From: Felis catus
Taxonomy: Eukaryota
DNA length: 64,000 bases
Assembly (NCBI RefSeq): GCF_018350175.1
Contig: NC_058370.1
Location: 62,868,001-62,932,000, forward strand
Direction of reading: 5' to 3'
This document shows, one piece after another, positions 11,189 through 22,255 of the stretch. The notes under the pieces were generated by a model, which had not been told where the DNA came from, searched no databases, and was given only the letters and a program-made list of their open reading frames with translations. How positions within the stretch are numbered: the stretch's first letter is position 1; every line of letters starts with the position of its first letter. Both the position numbers and the translations under genes were made by a program.

Positions 11189-11759
11189 GCTGCTATGTTT
11201 CTCCCAGGCCTTGTCCGCCTGTGGCAGCTTTGTCTCAGGCCTGTGCCCGTGCTGGACACACGTGCACAGGACATGAGTTCACCCCACGGCCCTTTCTAAT
11301 CAGTGGGTTTCCCTGGCAACCAGCCTCCCACTGCCATCCTCTTAATCAACATCTGATCTTCATTGAATGGGCTTCTTTACTCACTACTTTGAGGGCAGTG
11401 GATTCTACAGACTGACATTTTCTAGGGACTTTTCATCCTCAAAGTGCTCTTTTCTTCCAAATCTATATTTTAAAGCGTGCGCAGACAGCCCCGCAGAATT
11501 TTAAATGGTGCTCGCTCTGTGTTCCTGGGGTGGGGTGGCGGTGGGAATGACCCCACCCTGGGCTGTGTCCTCTGGGCCGCCGTTCCTTTGCTCGTGCTCT
11601 CCCTCTCAGAGCTGCCCTCCCCACCCTCTCCTCACCAGCTGACCCAGCCCTTGCCCCCCACCCCGGCTTGAGGCCAGCGCGCCTTTCCCACGCATCACCT
11701 CCCGTGTTAGTTAGACGGCCAGCAGCCTGCAGGTGGTAACTGCGCCTCACTCACCTTTG

Positions 11760-11975
11760 TGACATGGCTTTACGGGGGGCCCGCTCTGTGCCAACACGCT
11801 GGGCACTGTGCTGGGTGCGTACCCTCCCTGCTCTCTTTCCATCCTCAATGTTAAGTTCTTTGGGTAGTTTCTCTCATCATCCCCAGTTTACGGATGTGGA
11901 AACTGTGGCTCCCTGAGAAAAAGTTCCTCGCCTAGAATCAGGCAGCAGGGGAGGGAGGTGGATTCACACCGGGCC
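11760..11975 (-). mobile_element. MIR
   Basis: ggcactgtgctgggtgc...atccccagtttacggatgtggaaactgtggctc. Confidence 0.7.
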
Positions 11976-13559
11976 TCCCAATAAGAATCTGCATCAGTCC
12001 TTCAACCCCTGCCGGCACCCAGCCCTCTGTGCCTCTCCTGGCCTGTCATCCCAGAGCCACTGCCCCCTTTGCTCTGGCTGGCCTATCCTTTCCTCCCCTG
12101 GCAGCTGGTCCTCTGGACTCTTTATTTTCATCCTGCATCATCCACTAGGACATCATCCCGGGGCATCCCCAGCACCTACAAACAGCCAGCACATGGTGGG
12201 CTCTCAAATATATTGGGTGAAGGAATGAAACTCTTTTTTCCCAACTAGGAAGCAGAATACTCATGCCTGGCTTCTGCCCCTACACCATAGCACCCAGCAG
12301 GGGGCTGGGCACGCCGTGGGACCTCCTCCCGACCCACCGGGACACTCCTGACTGCCCTACCCCTCGCTTCCAGCTCCTTGTTATAAAAAGCCCAGCTGAG
12401 CCACATCAGGACCCCTGACCCTCACCCCTGCTGCCCAAACGGACTTTTGCCGTGTTTGTTAACGTTCCTTTCCTTTTTTGCTCAGAACAACATTAGCTTT
12501 GCTAGCTCCCTTCCCTCTGCCTGATAAGGACGGGGTAACAGCATCTGGACGAACTCGGGGTGTGCTTCTCTTGCCTTGTCAGAACAGCAGCTCCTATCTG
12601 GCTGGCAACGGGCTGGGAGCCAGACCCCAACAATGGAGGCCTTGTGAGCTGGCCCCAGGGATATGCCGGGAGCTCACAGTTTAGCACACACACAACCCTT
12701 CCTGGTGCCATTTTCTTATCTCCTGCCACCGAGCCCTTGCCAATACTGAGGCTGCAACCCAACCCCTGTAATCGCGTGTCCTGATAGAGCACTCCTGGCT
12801 CCGGCCACTATTAAACGTTGACTTAGGATGCTGGGGCAGTCACCACAGACTGTGGGGGCTCCTGACTGGGGGGGAGGGGTGGTGCCTGGATGTCCACACT
12901 TCTCCTCCCAGTGGTCCTAGGCTGACTGAGAAAGCTACAGCACAAAGCGGGTGCTTCCCACACCTCTGAGGGAGTGCGTTGTGGGAGCCCCGGGTCCATT
13001 CAGAAAGGAAGGTCTTCCCCCGCCCCTTCTCTCTCAGGCTCCCTTCCTCCTTAGTCCAGCTTCTCTTCCCATCTTCCTCTCTCTCCCTGGGTCTTTTCCC
13101 CTGTGGGAAACGCAGACGAAGGCTCTGCTGTCTTCTTTCCACCCCAGCACTTGACCTCTCTGGGAGATCTAGAATGCAGTAGGGGGAGCAGCCGGCTCCA
13201 AGCCCCCTCCCACCTGTCCCGAGAACACCCTCCTGGCTTCACCCCCCACCCCAAGGCTGTGTGCTCCAGACAGCGGCTAGGACATGCTGGGATATGCGAC
13301 TGGCCTCCCAGGACTTCCAGGTTAGGAGTCAACACAGGTACTGAACGAGTCTTCAGGTGGCAGTGCTGTGGCAGGTGGCAGGCGAGTTCTGATTTGAGAC
13401 TTGCCCGGTGGAAGTGAGAATTGGATACAGTGCCCTGGGCCCCATTTGTTCCGTGTTCACCTCCAATCATTGTGTTATATGCTGCCTCATTTGCCTGGTG
13501 AGGGGGATGCCTCTGGTGGCCGTGAGAAAAGCAGCAAGAGGAGGGAGTGTGGAGCCAGG

Positions 13560-13855
13560 GGTTGGGGGTGGGGGCACCCTCGGAACAGCATAGAAAGAGG
13601 TGATGGGGGTGGGCGACATGCTGGCAGTGGAGAAGATGGAGAAAGGGACTGATTCAAGGCCATCTGGTTGGTAGACTCTGTAGGTGAGGGTAGGGAGGCT
13701 GGGGGGAGAGGGAGGAGGTGTAAGGATGACTCCCAGGTTTCTGGACTGAGCAACTGGTAGATGGAGGTGCCATTCCCATATGGGAGGAGTGGAGACAGCA
13801 AATATTTCAGGCCAGGAAGGGAACCAAGAGTTCAGCTGAAGCATATTGAGTTAGC
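13560..13855 (-). mobile_element. LINE-2 fragment
   Basis: aaggatgactcccaggtttctggactgagcaactggtagatggaggtgccatt...caagagttcag. Confidence 0.85.
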
Positions 13856-13879
13856 AGTGCCCAGGAGGTAACCCAGCAT

Positions 13880-14602
13880 CTGTGCCCCTTCCCCATTTTA
13901 ATCACAAAACCGGACCCCCCGCTGCAAGTGTCTCTGCTTGGGTTATCACGTACATGGCTCGACGCCCCCAGTGCCCAGCAGGGCATGACCTCAGGTGGGA
14001 CAGTCAGGGCACCCAGCTCCTGGACACAGAGATTGGTCTTGGAGTTGGTAGACTCACAGCCACCTAAGGCCACTGAAGAAGAGACGGTTGCGCTTTTCTT
14101 GGAGTCTGGGAGCCATAAGGACATGGAAGCCTGGAGCGGTGGATGGATCTCTGCCACCACATGGAATGAGGAAGCTGGAGAATGAAACCAACACAGGACA
14201 ACAGAGTCAAGAAGTGGACAGAGGCTGAGTTCTGGTAACATCATTGGAACCTCTGCATCAATCCACGTCTGAAGTTACACCAGCTTTTTTTTTTTATTTT
14301 CTAATTTTTAATGCTTATTTACTTTTGAGGGAGAGACAGAGCATGAGCAGGGGAGGGGCAGGGAGAGAGAGGGAGACACAGAATCTGAAGCAGGCTCCAG
14401 GCTCTGAGCTGTCAGCACAGAGCCCGACACAGGGCTGGAACTCATGAATGGTGAGATCATGATCTGAGCCAAAGTTGGACGCTTAACCGACTGAGCCACC
14501 CAGGCGCCCCTAGATCTGCTTTTTGATCCATTATGTAAACTAATAAAATCTTTCTATTTCTCTGGAAGCTACTTTGAATACTTCTGCCTGCAACTAAAAG
14601 AC
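13880..14602 (+). mobile_element. MaLR LTR (MLT1K/L-like), interrupted by a Can-SINE
   Basis: gggcatgacctcaggtgggacagtcag...gccaccacatgg...ctaataaaatc...tgcaactaaaagac. Confidence 0.6.
14285..14510 (-). mobile_element. Can-SINE (SINEC_Fc)
   Basis: Antisense full-length copy ending gagccacccaggcgcccc. Confidence 0.95.
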
Positions 14603-14780
14603 AGTAAGACCCACACAGCCTCCAAGAGGAGTTGTCAGTCTACAGGAGCTAAGATAGATGCAAAAGTGAAGGATGCCAGGTGCTAAGGAGGGACAGCCAA
14701 ATGGGACAATGACTGGAGAGGGGCATGGAATCAAGGACAAGGGCAGGAAGTCCCAAATGATCCAAACAGTCATTTTGCTT
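14603..14780 (-). mobile_element. LINE-2 3' end fragment
   Basis: Reverse complement reads ttagcacctggcatc...tagactgacaactcctcttggagg. Confidence 0.45.
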
Positions 14781-14899
14781 TCTTTCTTGAGTTTCTGGCT
14801 GAGCACATGGCCCTTCCAGGTAGCTGTGACCATGAGGTCTGGCCGAAGAGATGAGTGTAAGTGCCATGGAGGCTTTTCCATTTCCCACTGGATGGGTAA

Positions 14900-15296
14900 A
14901 CCCAGGAGCTCCAGTGCACACTGGGGCAGTGGATACTGGTGGATGCTGCCCAATACCCGCTTCAAAACCAAGGCACTCCTTCCCCCAACTGCCAAGAGTA
15001 CTTAGGATGTACTGCTTGCACGCAGTTCTGCTGTCTTTCCCCAGAAACCACTTTGCCCGAAGTTATGCCTCTTCCCTGGGGGTATCGAATGGGGGTCTGC
15101 ATCCAATGATGGGTGAGATAACCTCAGCCCCAGTGCTCCTGAGAGGCTGGCTCAGTGCTCTGCTGTGGCCACATCACCTTTGCCCACTCTTGCTTCCATT
15201 CTCCCTTCCACGAGGGTTTATCTCAAGTGCACCCCCAATAAAACACCTGTCCGCACATCTCTGCCTCAGAGTTTATGACAGAAGCCGTCTCACACC
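14900..15296 (+). mobile_element. ERVL LTR (LTR16-like)
   Basis: 3' end ccccaataaaacacctgtccgcacatctctgcctcagagt. Confidence 0.55.
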
Positions 15297-15299
15297 GTG

Positions 15300-15477
15300 A
15301 TGCAAGCATCGTGCAGACGATAGTGAAGTTAAAAATACAAGAAGTCTGAGTCCTCCAAATCCCCTAAGCCCCTCTATTAGCCCCGGACCATCAACTTATG
15401 GGATAGGAAAACCAACTTCCAATGTAGTTTGAGGTCTCTTGGTTATAGCAGTCCAAACCCGTTCTGATTAACCTAGA
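15300..15477 (+). mobile_element. MaLR LTR remnant, 5' LTR of provirus relic B
   Basis: LTR 3'-end pattern ggtctcttggttatagcagtccaaacc...ctgattaa directly followed by int sequence homologous to 273 onward. Confidence 0.55.
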
Positions 15478-16246
15478 ATTTGATATCGAGAAGTAGAATG
15501 TTGATGCAGCAAAATTGTAAACGTGAGGCATTGTGCTCTTGTCAGACAGTGGGCAGATATTTCAGGTTGGAAAGCTGGGGACTCACGTCATGCGACACAT
15601 TTGGTAACACTACCTCCTGTGGTACTTTGGAAGACAGTTCACGAGCCTACTGAGCCTCTAGGTCTAGAGCAAGTGGTTTGAAAAGGTACAAATGTTGGTA
15701 GGTATAGTCTTCTTCACCCGTTTAGCAAGGTCCTGATGAGACACACACTCGGGATAGAGACAGCAGTTTGCAAGCAGAGGTGAAGGCAAATGGAGCTCTG
15801 TTAGTGGAGACTCTTCCTGCCTGTGGCTGGTAATCTAAGTTGACGGAGAATACAGTATTTGGAGCCTCCACACGCTGAGAAAGCCAACGGCTTTTGTACC
15901 CCAAACTGAAGCGATGATGTGAAGGGGCCCTGAAGAGGCCACTTTCCCAGGAGATAAGACTGTGGTCTGAACACTTCCCCAATTAGCCTCAGTTAAGAGT
16001 GCCCGGCCAGACAACGAGAGTCAGTCCCGCAGTCCAGATCGTATGAAAGGTGTTGCTTTTCCACTCAGGCCAGTATACTACGTTAAGTAACCTCATGAAG
16101 GATCATTAATTTATGAGAGGGTAGGATGGACCTCGTATACAGGCTGGTAAGTAAATATGTATAAATGTGTCTTCAGGCTTAAGAACTGTATCTAGACCAG
16201 CTTTCTTGGTGGGGTTACATGCTCATGGAACAGACTACGAGTAAAC

Positions 16247-16544
16247 TTTTTTTTTTTTTTTTTTTTTTTTAAGAAAGAGAACACAAGCAGGGGAGAGNNN
16301 NNNNNNNNNNNNNNNNNNNNNNNNNNNNNNNNNNNNNNNNNNNNNNNNNNNNNNNNNNNNNNNNNNNNNNNNNNNNNNNNNNNNNNNNNNNNNNNNNNNN
16401 NNNNNNNNNNNNNNNNNNNNNNNNNNNNNNNNNNGCACTGTCAGCACAGAGCCAGATGCAGGGCCTGATCTCACAACTCTGGGATCATGACTTGAGCCAA
16501 AATCAAGGGTCGATGCTCAACTGACTGAGCCACCCAGGCATCCC
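16247..16544 (-). mobile_element. Can-SINE, spans N gap 16298-16434
   Basis: Poly-T, body and gagccacccaggcatccc; taaact on both sides. Confidence 0.85.
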
Positions 16545-17454
16545 TAAACTCANNNNNNNNNNNNNNNNNNNNNNNNNNNNNNNNNNNNNNNNNNNNNNNN
16601 NNNNNNNNNNNNNNNNNNNNNNNNNNNNNNNNNNNNNNNNNNNNNNNNNNNNNNNNNNNNNNNNNNNNNNNNNNNNNNNNNNATTTCCATCACTCCCCAA
16701 AGAAACCCTGAACCACTGGCAGTCATTCCCCAATCCTCTCTTCCCCCCGAACACACCCCCTCCCCACCCTGGAAAAACACTTTCTGTCTCCATGGATTTG
16801 CCTATTCTGAACATTTCATGTAAATGGAAATCATACAAGATGTGGCCTTTTGTGTCTGACTTCTTTCGTTTAGCATACTTTCTAGGTTCATCCATATAGT
16901 AGCATGCACCAATGTTATATTCCTTTTTTATTCCATTGTATAGATATATCACATTTTGTTTAACCATTCATCAGCTGATAGACTTTCAGGTTGTTTCTTC
17001 TTTTGGGCTATTACAGATAATCTTGCTATAAACATCCGTGTACAAATTTTCATGTAGATGTATATTTTCAGTTCTCTTTGATACACACCTAGCAGTGAAA
17101 TTGCAGGGTCATAGGTAATCCTGTATTTAACTTTCTGAGAAACTGCCAGACTGTTTTCCAACCACAGTATCTCACTGGTTTTTATTTGAATGTCCTCATC
17201 AGCTAATGATGTTGGGCTCTTTTTCATGTGTTTATTGGCCATTTGTGTATCTTCTTTGAGGAAACATCTATTCAAATTCTTTGTCCACTTTTAAATTGGA
17301 TTATTTGTTCTTCTTATTGTTGAATTATTAAGTGTTCTTTATACATTCTGAATTCAAGTCCCTTATCAAATTTAGTATTTGCCAATATTTTCTCCCATTC
17401 TGTGGGTTGTCTTGTCACTTGCTTGAGAGTGTTCTTTGAAACACAAAGGTTTTT

Positions 17455-17643
17455 GGGGCACCTGGGTGGCTCAGTCGGTTAAGCATCGACTTTGGCTCCA
17501 GCTTAGGTCATGATCTCACAGTTTATGAGTTCAAGCCCCACATTGGGACTTGAATCTTGCTTGGGATTCTCTCTCTCCCTATCTCTCTGCCCCTCCCCTT
17601 CGCACTCTCTCTGTCTCTGTCTCTCTCTCAAAAATAAATAAAG
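17455..17643 (+). mobile_element. Can-SINE
   Basis: ggggcacctgggtggctcagtcggttaag...cttgggattctctctc...aataaa. Confidence 0.93.
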
Positions 17644-17885
17644 ATNNNNNNNNNNNNNNNNNNNNNNNNNNNNNNNNNNNNNNNNNNNNNNNNNNNNNNN
17701 NNNNNNNNNNNNNNNNNNNNNNNNNNNNNNNNNNNNNNNNNNNNNNNNNNNNNNNNNNNNNNNNNNNNNNNNNNNNNNNNNNNNNNNNNNNNNNNNNNNN
17801 NNNNNNATATCTAAAACAAACAAACAAAAAGGAAAAGAAAAAAAACAATGTTTAATCCAGGATCACTAAGTTTTACAGTTTCATT

Positions 17886-18087
17886 AAAAAAAAATTTACG
17901 TTTATATATTTTTGAGAGAGAGAGGTTGGGGGAGAGCATGAGCTGGGGAGAGACAGAGAGAGAGGGAGAGAGAATCCCAAGCAGGGATTCAGTGCAGATT
18001 CTGATGCAGGGCTGGAACCCATGAACTGTGAGACCATGACCTGAGCCAAAGTCAGACACTTAACCGCCTGAGCCACCCAGGTGTCCC
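17886..18087 (-). mobile_element. Can-SINE
   Basis: Antisense copy; TSD agtttcatt. Confidence 0.93.
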
Positions 18088-18676
18088 AGAGTTTCATTTC
18101 TTACATTTAGGTCCATGACCCATTTCGAGTTAATTTTTATACATGATGTGAGGTAGGGACCCAAATACATTCATTCAAATATGGATATCCAGCTGCTCCT
18201 ACACCATTTTTGAAAGGACTATTCTTCCGTCTTGTGGGTTTGTTTCTAGACTCTCAATTCTATTCCTATGTCAGTGCCACACTGTCTTGATTACTGTAGT
18301 TTTGCAGTAAGTTTTGAAATGGTAGAGTTGGTGTAAGTCTTTCAACTTTGTTCTTTTTCAAGATTGAATTGGCTGCTATGGATCCTTTGCCATTCTATGT
18401 GAATTTTAAGACCAGTTTGCAACTTCTGCAGAAAGGGCAGGTAGGGTTTTAATAGGAACTGCATTAAATCNNNNNNNNNNNNNNNNNNNNNNNNNNNNNN
18501 NNNNNNNNNNNNNNNNNNNNNNNNNNNNNNNNNNNNNNNNNNNNNNNNNNNNNNNNNNNNNNNNNNNNNNNNNNNNNNNNNNNNNNNNNNNNNNNNNNNN
18601 NNNNNNNNNNNNNNNNTTTGTTAAACATACTCCTATTTTATACTCTTCTATATGATTGTAAACAAAATTCTTTTCT

Positions 18677-18891
18677 TTTTTTTTTTTTTTAATGTTTATT
18701 TATTTTTGAGACAGAGAGAGGCAGAGCATGACCGGGGGAGGGTCAGAGAGAGGGAGACACAGAATCCGAAACAGGCTCCAGGCCCTGAGCTGTCAGCATA
18801 GAGCCCGATGCGGGGCTCGAACTCACAGACCGCGAGATCATGACCTGAGCCGAAGTCGGCCGCTTAACCAACTGAGCCACCCAGGCGTCCC
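18677..18891 (-). mobile_element. Can-SINE (SINEC_Fc, CpG-rich)
   Basis: TSD aac(a/g)aaatt(c/a)ttttct at 18661-18676 and 18892-18907. Confidence 0.95.
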
Positions 18892-18902
18892 AACGAAATT
18901 AT

Positions 18903-18973
18903 TTTCTGTATTTAATTTTTGTAGTGTTACAATAAGTTTCTATATTTAATTTTTGTAGTGTTACAATAAGTTT
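18903..18973. repeat. 34-bp tandem duplication
   Basis: tatttaatttttgtagtgttacaataagttt at 18909 and 18943. Confidence 0.95.
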
Positions 18974-19362
18974 TTGAGGGAAATTAATTGACAAAAGCTT
19001 ACAAGCCTGTCCTGTGCAACTTTGGGATTGCTCGACTCCTGAAGCAAACTATGAGCTCCCAAAGCTGCACCACCAGGAAACAGGCTGTGAAAGCTATACC
19101 CTCACTTTCCCGGGAAGGGTATATTCTCCAATGCCCTCTTCAGATGTGGCCCTAGAGGACAACAGACAAGGAAGGAACTCCCAGAAGGCAAAGCCAGGGG
19201 CCACAGGGAATAATAGATAAAGGAGATGTTTGTGGGTAATCAGTACCAAGGAACATACTCCTTTGAGAGGCAGGGAATCTTTGGAATTCTTGCTTAGGGG
19301 GATCTGCTAATTGCTATGTTCTTGCTATGTGTTTTCTAATTTTTCCTTTACAAATGGCAGTT

Positions 19363-19583
19363 AAAAATTTTTTTTAAATTATGTTTCTTTATTTTTGAGA
19401 GGCAGAGAGAGACGGAGTGCGAGCGGGGGAATGGCAGAGAGAGAGGGGGACACAGAATCAGAAGCAGCCTCCAGGCTCTGAGCTGTCAGCAGAGAGCCTG
19501 ACACGGGGCTCGAACTCACAAACCAGGAGATATGTCCTGAGCCAAAGTCAGACGCTCAACCAACTGAGCCACCCAGGCACCCC
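19363..19583 (-). mobile_element. Can-SINE (SINEC_Fc)
   Basis: TSD caaatggcagtt at 19351-19362 and 19586-19597. Confidence 0.95.
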
Positions 19584-19864
19584 TCCAAATGGCAGTTTTA
19601 ATTGTTATCCTATTCTTATCTCTTCTTGTATATGTGTATTGCTGGTGGAAGTGGCAAATAGATAACTTGCTTTTTAGTTTATATGTCACTGGACTGATAT
19701 CTGAGCTTCATACAAAGATCTGACAGTCACCAAGAGGGTCCGGGCTTTGAGCTGGTTGCAATAATGAATGAGACCTTGTGGATGTGGGTTGTGGGCAGGA
19801 GATTAACGTGTTCCATGTGTGGGAGAAGAGGGCATGTTTATTTGGGTGGCCAGAGGTGCAGGCC

Positions 19865-20315
19865 ATGTCAGAAAACAATAGCTTTTCTTTGCTAGCAACT
19901 CTCCTCTTCTTCAACAGTGGCAGAATGTTTAAGCGGACACAATGCTACCCACCAAAAGACTGTATTTCCTAACTTCCTTTGCAACTGGGTGTGTGTCTTG
20001 ATCCAGTCTGAGGGCAATGCAGCGTGAATGGACATGATGTGTGCCACTTTCAGGCCATATTCTTCAGTGGAAACAGGAATATCTTCTCCTTCCCCTTTTT
20101 TCTTTCCTTCTGGCTGGGAGGTTGCAGAGCTGGCAAGGGCGGGAGCAGCCAACTTGGAGGGGAACTGTGAACTAAGGATGGCAGAGCAACAGATGGAAGA
20201 GGTGACCACATCACCCCGTACTACCTTCCTAGCCTTCTCATGCAGGAGTTAAACTTCTGCTTAGCTGATACACAGTCTTTGGGGACTTCCATGCTATAGC
20301 AGCTTAACTAACACA
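19865..20315 (+). mobile_element. MaLR LTR (MLT1J-like), 3' LTR of provirus relic B
   Basis: aaaagactgtatttcctaacttcctttgcaact...taaggatggcagagcaacaga...tagcagcttaactaacaca. Confidence 0.75.
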
Positions 20316-20319
20316 AAAG

Positions 20320-21900
20320 TTTGTTGTTTTTTAAGATGGGAGAGACTAGAGCATGTTTGTACTCATGGGAAAAACCAACTAGAGACAGAGAGATTGATGA
20401 GTAGAGAGCGAGGGGATAACTAAAGAGCAAAGTCCTTGAGGATATGAGAAGGGATGGGATCCAGGGACCAGGGGATGGGATTCTTCTTGGGTGGAAGAAA
20501 CTGGGAGTCTTCTCCCATTGTGATAGGAAAAATAAGAAAAATTGGTGCAGGTGCAGAGAGATTTGTGGATTCAGCGGTGGGAGGCTGAGAGAGGTTCAAT
20601 ATATGTGCAAGAAAGTCATGTCATGATAACCCATGGAATCTTGATTTTATTGGGTTCCTCCACACAGCACTGGTTCCCTGACACATTCACCATTGATCCA
20701 TGCATGGCTAATTTTTATTTAATTAGTTATTTGCAATGATGTCATAGGCATCTGCAAAATCACCACTCAAACAAAAGCCTTGACAATAACCCACATCTTA
20801 CATATGGATCCTCCTCCCTATCCCAGCCCCCTGTCTCCCCCACCCACAGTGACTATCATTCTGAATCCTGTGTGTCACATTCCCTTTCTTTCCTTTTTAT
20901 ATAGTTTTATTGTGCCTTTGTGTATCTCCAAATGTTATATACATACATTTTTATATTAACCATCTTTAACCTCATTAAAAGAGTATCATTCTCTATGTAA
21001 TCTTTGGGGATTTACGTTTTTCACTTAATTATATATTGCTAAGATTTATCCATTTGTTTTCTGTTGCTGTGGTTCTTTGTTTAACCTGCTGTATGATACT
21101 CCATTGTGTGAATACACCACAGTTTATTCACCCACAAACCAGAGAATCTGGGAAAGAAGAGAAGTGAAAGCAGGAGGGGGCTGGCAGATAGGGAGAAAGT
21201 GAAGGAATCATCAGGCTGGAGAGTTGTCTGAGACCAGAGAACTCTTTTGGGGCACTTGGGCTGAGGAGCACAAAGGCTCACAGGTGGTGGATGGGGAGTG
21301 GGAGATGGGACTTCTCATTTCAGAAGCAGTGAGGCTTTGGGTGACCATAAAGTCTTCAGGAATAAATGTGGTGATGGAGAGCTAAGGCTGGGATTATTGG
21401 AGATCAAGGTGAAGGAAGCGAGAGGTCAAGGCGTGGATATGTTTATTTAGGATAGTGGCAGGTGGAGGTAGGGGGTAGAGGAAAAGATGAAGAGGCTGGA
21501 GCCGGGGTCTTGAGTTGGGGGGGGGGGGAGGGAGGCAGGGGAGCACACCTGGGAGGCTGAGAGAAGACAGAGACAAAGAGCCAGGAAGGTAGCGCAGGCA
21601 GCAGCAGTGTCAATGGTGTGGGGCTTTACAAGAGGATGGGAGTATGGGCTGGAAACGACAATAGGAATAATAAAGAAAAACCCCACCTCTTAGTCCTAAG
21701 GTGCAGAGTATGTGAGGATAAACAGCCTCCCTTGAGAGAGCTGTGGGGAGGTGGTGGCTCCGGACCAGCAGAGGAGGAGACATTCCAAGAAGAGGTTGAC
21801 TGTTGCTCTGACTGTTGCAAGAGCTCCCAAGTGCGTTGTGCAAGAGAAGAAGGGAGGGGCACAGCAGGTGAGGCAAGCAGGCAGGTCAGGACTCAGGTGA
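20320..21900 (-). mobile_element. LINE-2 internal fragments, split by an old L1
   Basis: tttttaagatgggagagactagagcatgtttg...aagggatgggatccagg; purine-rich L2-like sequence resumes after 21140. Confidence 0.6.
20700..21135 (-). mobile_element. Old LINE-1 3' fragment (L1ME-like)
   Basis: actatcattctgaat...ctaagatttatccat...tactccattgtgtgaatacaccacagtttattcaccca. Confidence 0.75.
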
Positions 21901-22042
21901 GGCAGGGAAGCTATGAAGGGAAGGGAGACCCTAGCTTTCATGGAAGGCCAGCCTTGGCTATCCCTCACAAGCTAGGAGCAGGGTCATCGCTCGCATCTTG
22001 CCCTCCACGTCACTGTGTCACCAGTCCTGCTTGTCCCTCAGT

Positions 22043-22255
22043 TTTTTATTATTTTTTTTAATGTTTATTTATTTTTGAGAGAGACAGTACAAGCGGGGAG
22101 GGGCAGAGAGAGGCAAAGAGACAGAGAACCCAAAGTCGGCTCTAGGCTCCGAGCTGTCAGTGCAGAGCCCGATATGGGGCTTGAACTCACAAACTGTGAG
22201 ATCGTGGCCTGAGCCAAAGTCGGACGCTTAACCGACTGAGCCATCCAGGCGCCCC
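22043..22255 (-). mobile_element. Can-SINE (SINEC_Fc)
   Basis: TSD tgtccctcagt at 22032-22042 and 22256-22266. Confidence 0.95.

Larger units (their letters stand above)
16683..18910 (-). mobile_element. LINE-1 3' region (L1MB-like) with three nested Can-SINEs and N gaps
   Basis: atttccatcactccccaaagaaaccc, ctatttctga..., ttattggccatttgtgtatcttct, ccacactgtcttgattactgtag; minus-strand ORF 16949-17275 resembles the ORF2p C-terminus (EDTQMANKHMKK...YDPAISLLGVY). Confidence 0.9.
15478..19862 (+). mobile_element. MaLR internal region of provirus relic B, split by L1/SINEs (about 16241-18975) and a SINE (19363-19583)
   Basis: Blocks shared in order with 273-1513: gaagtaga, tgagcctcta, ttgcaag, atttggagcct, gaaagcca, catggaac, tgtgtattg, ttttagt.tata.gtc. 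Confidence 0.7.

Noticed and set aside
12294-12306. CTCF-like CCAGCAGGGGGCT
   Set aside because: Context resembles a decayed L2 3' end and the 3' bases are a poor match
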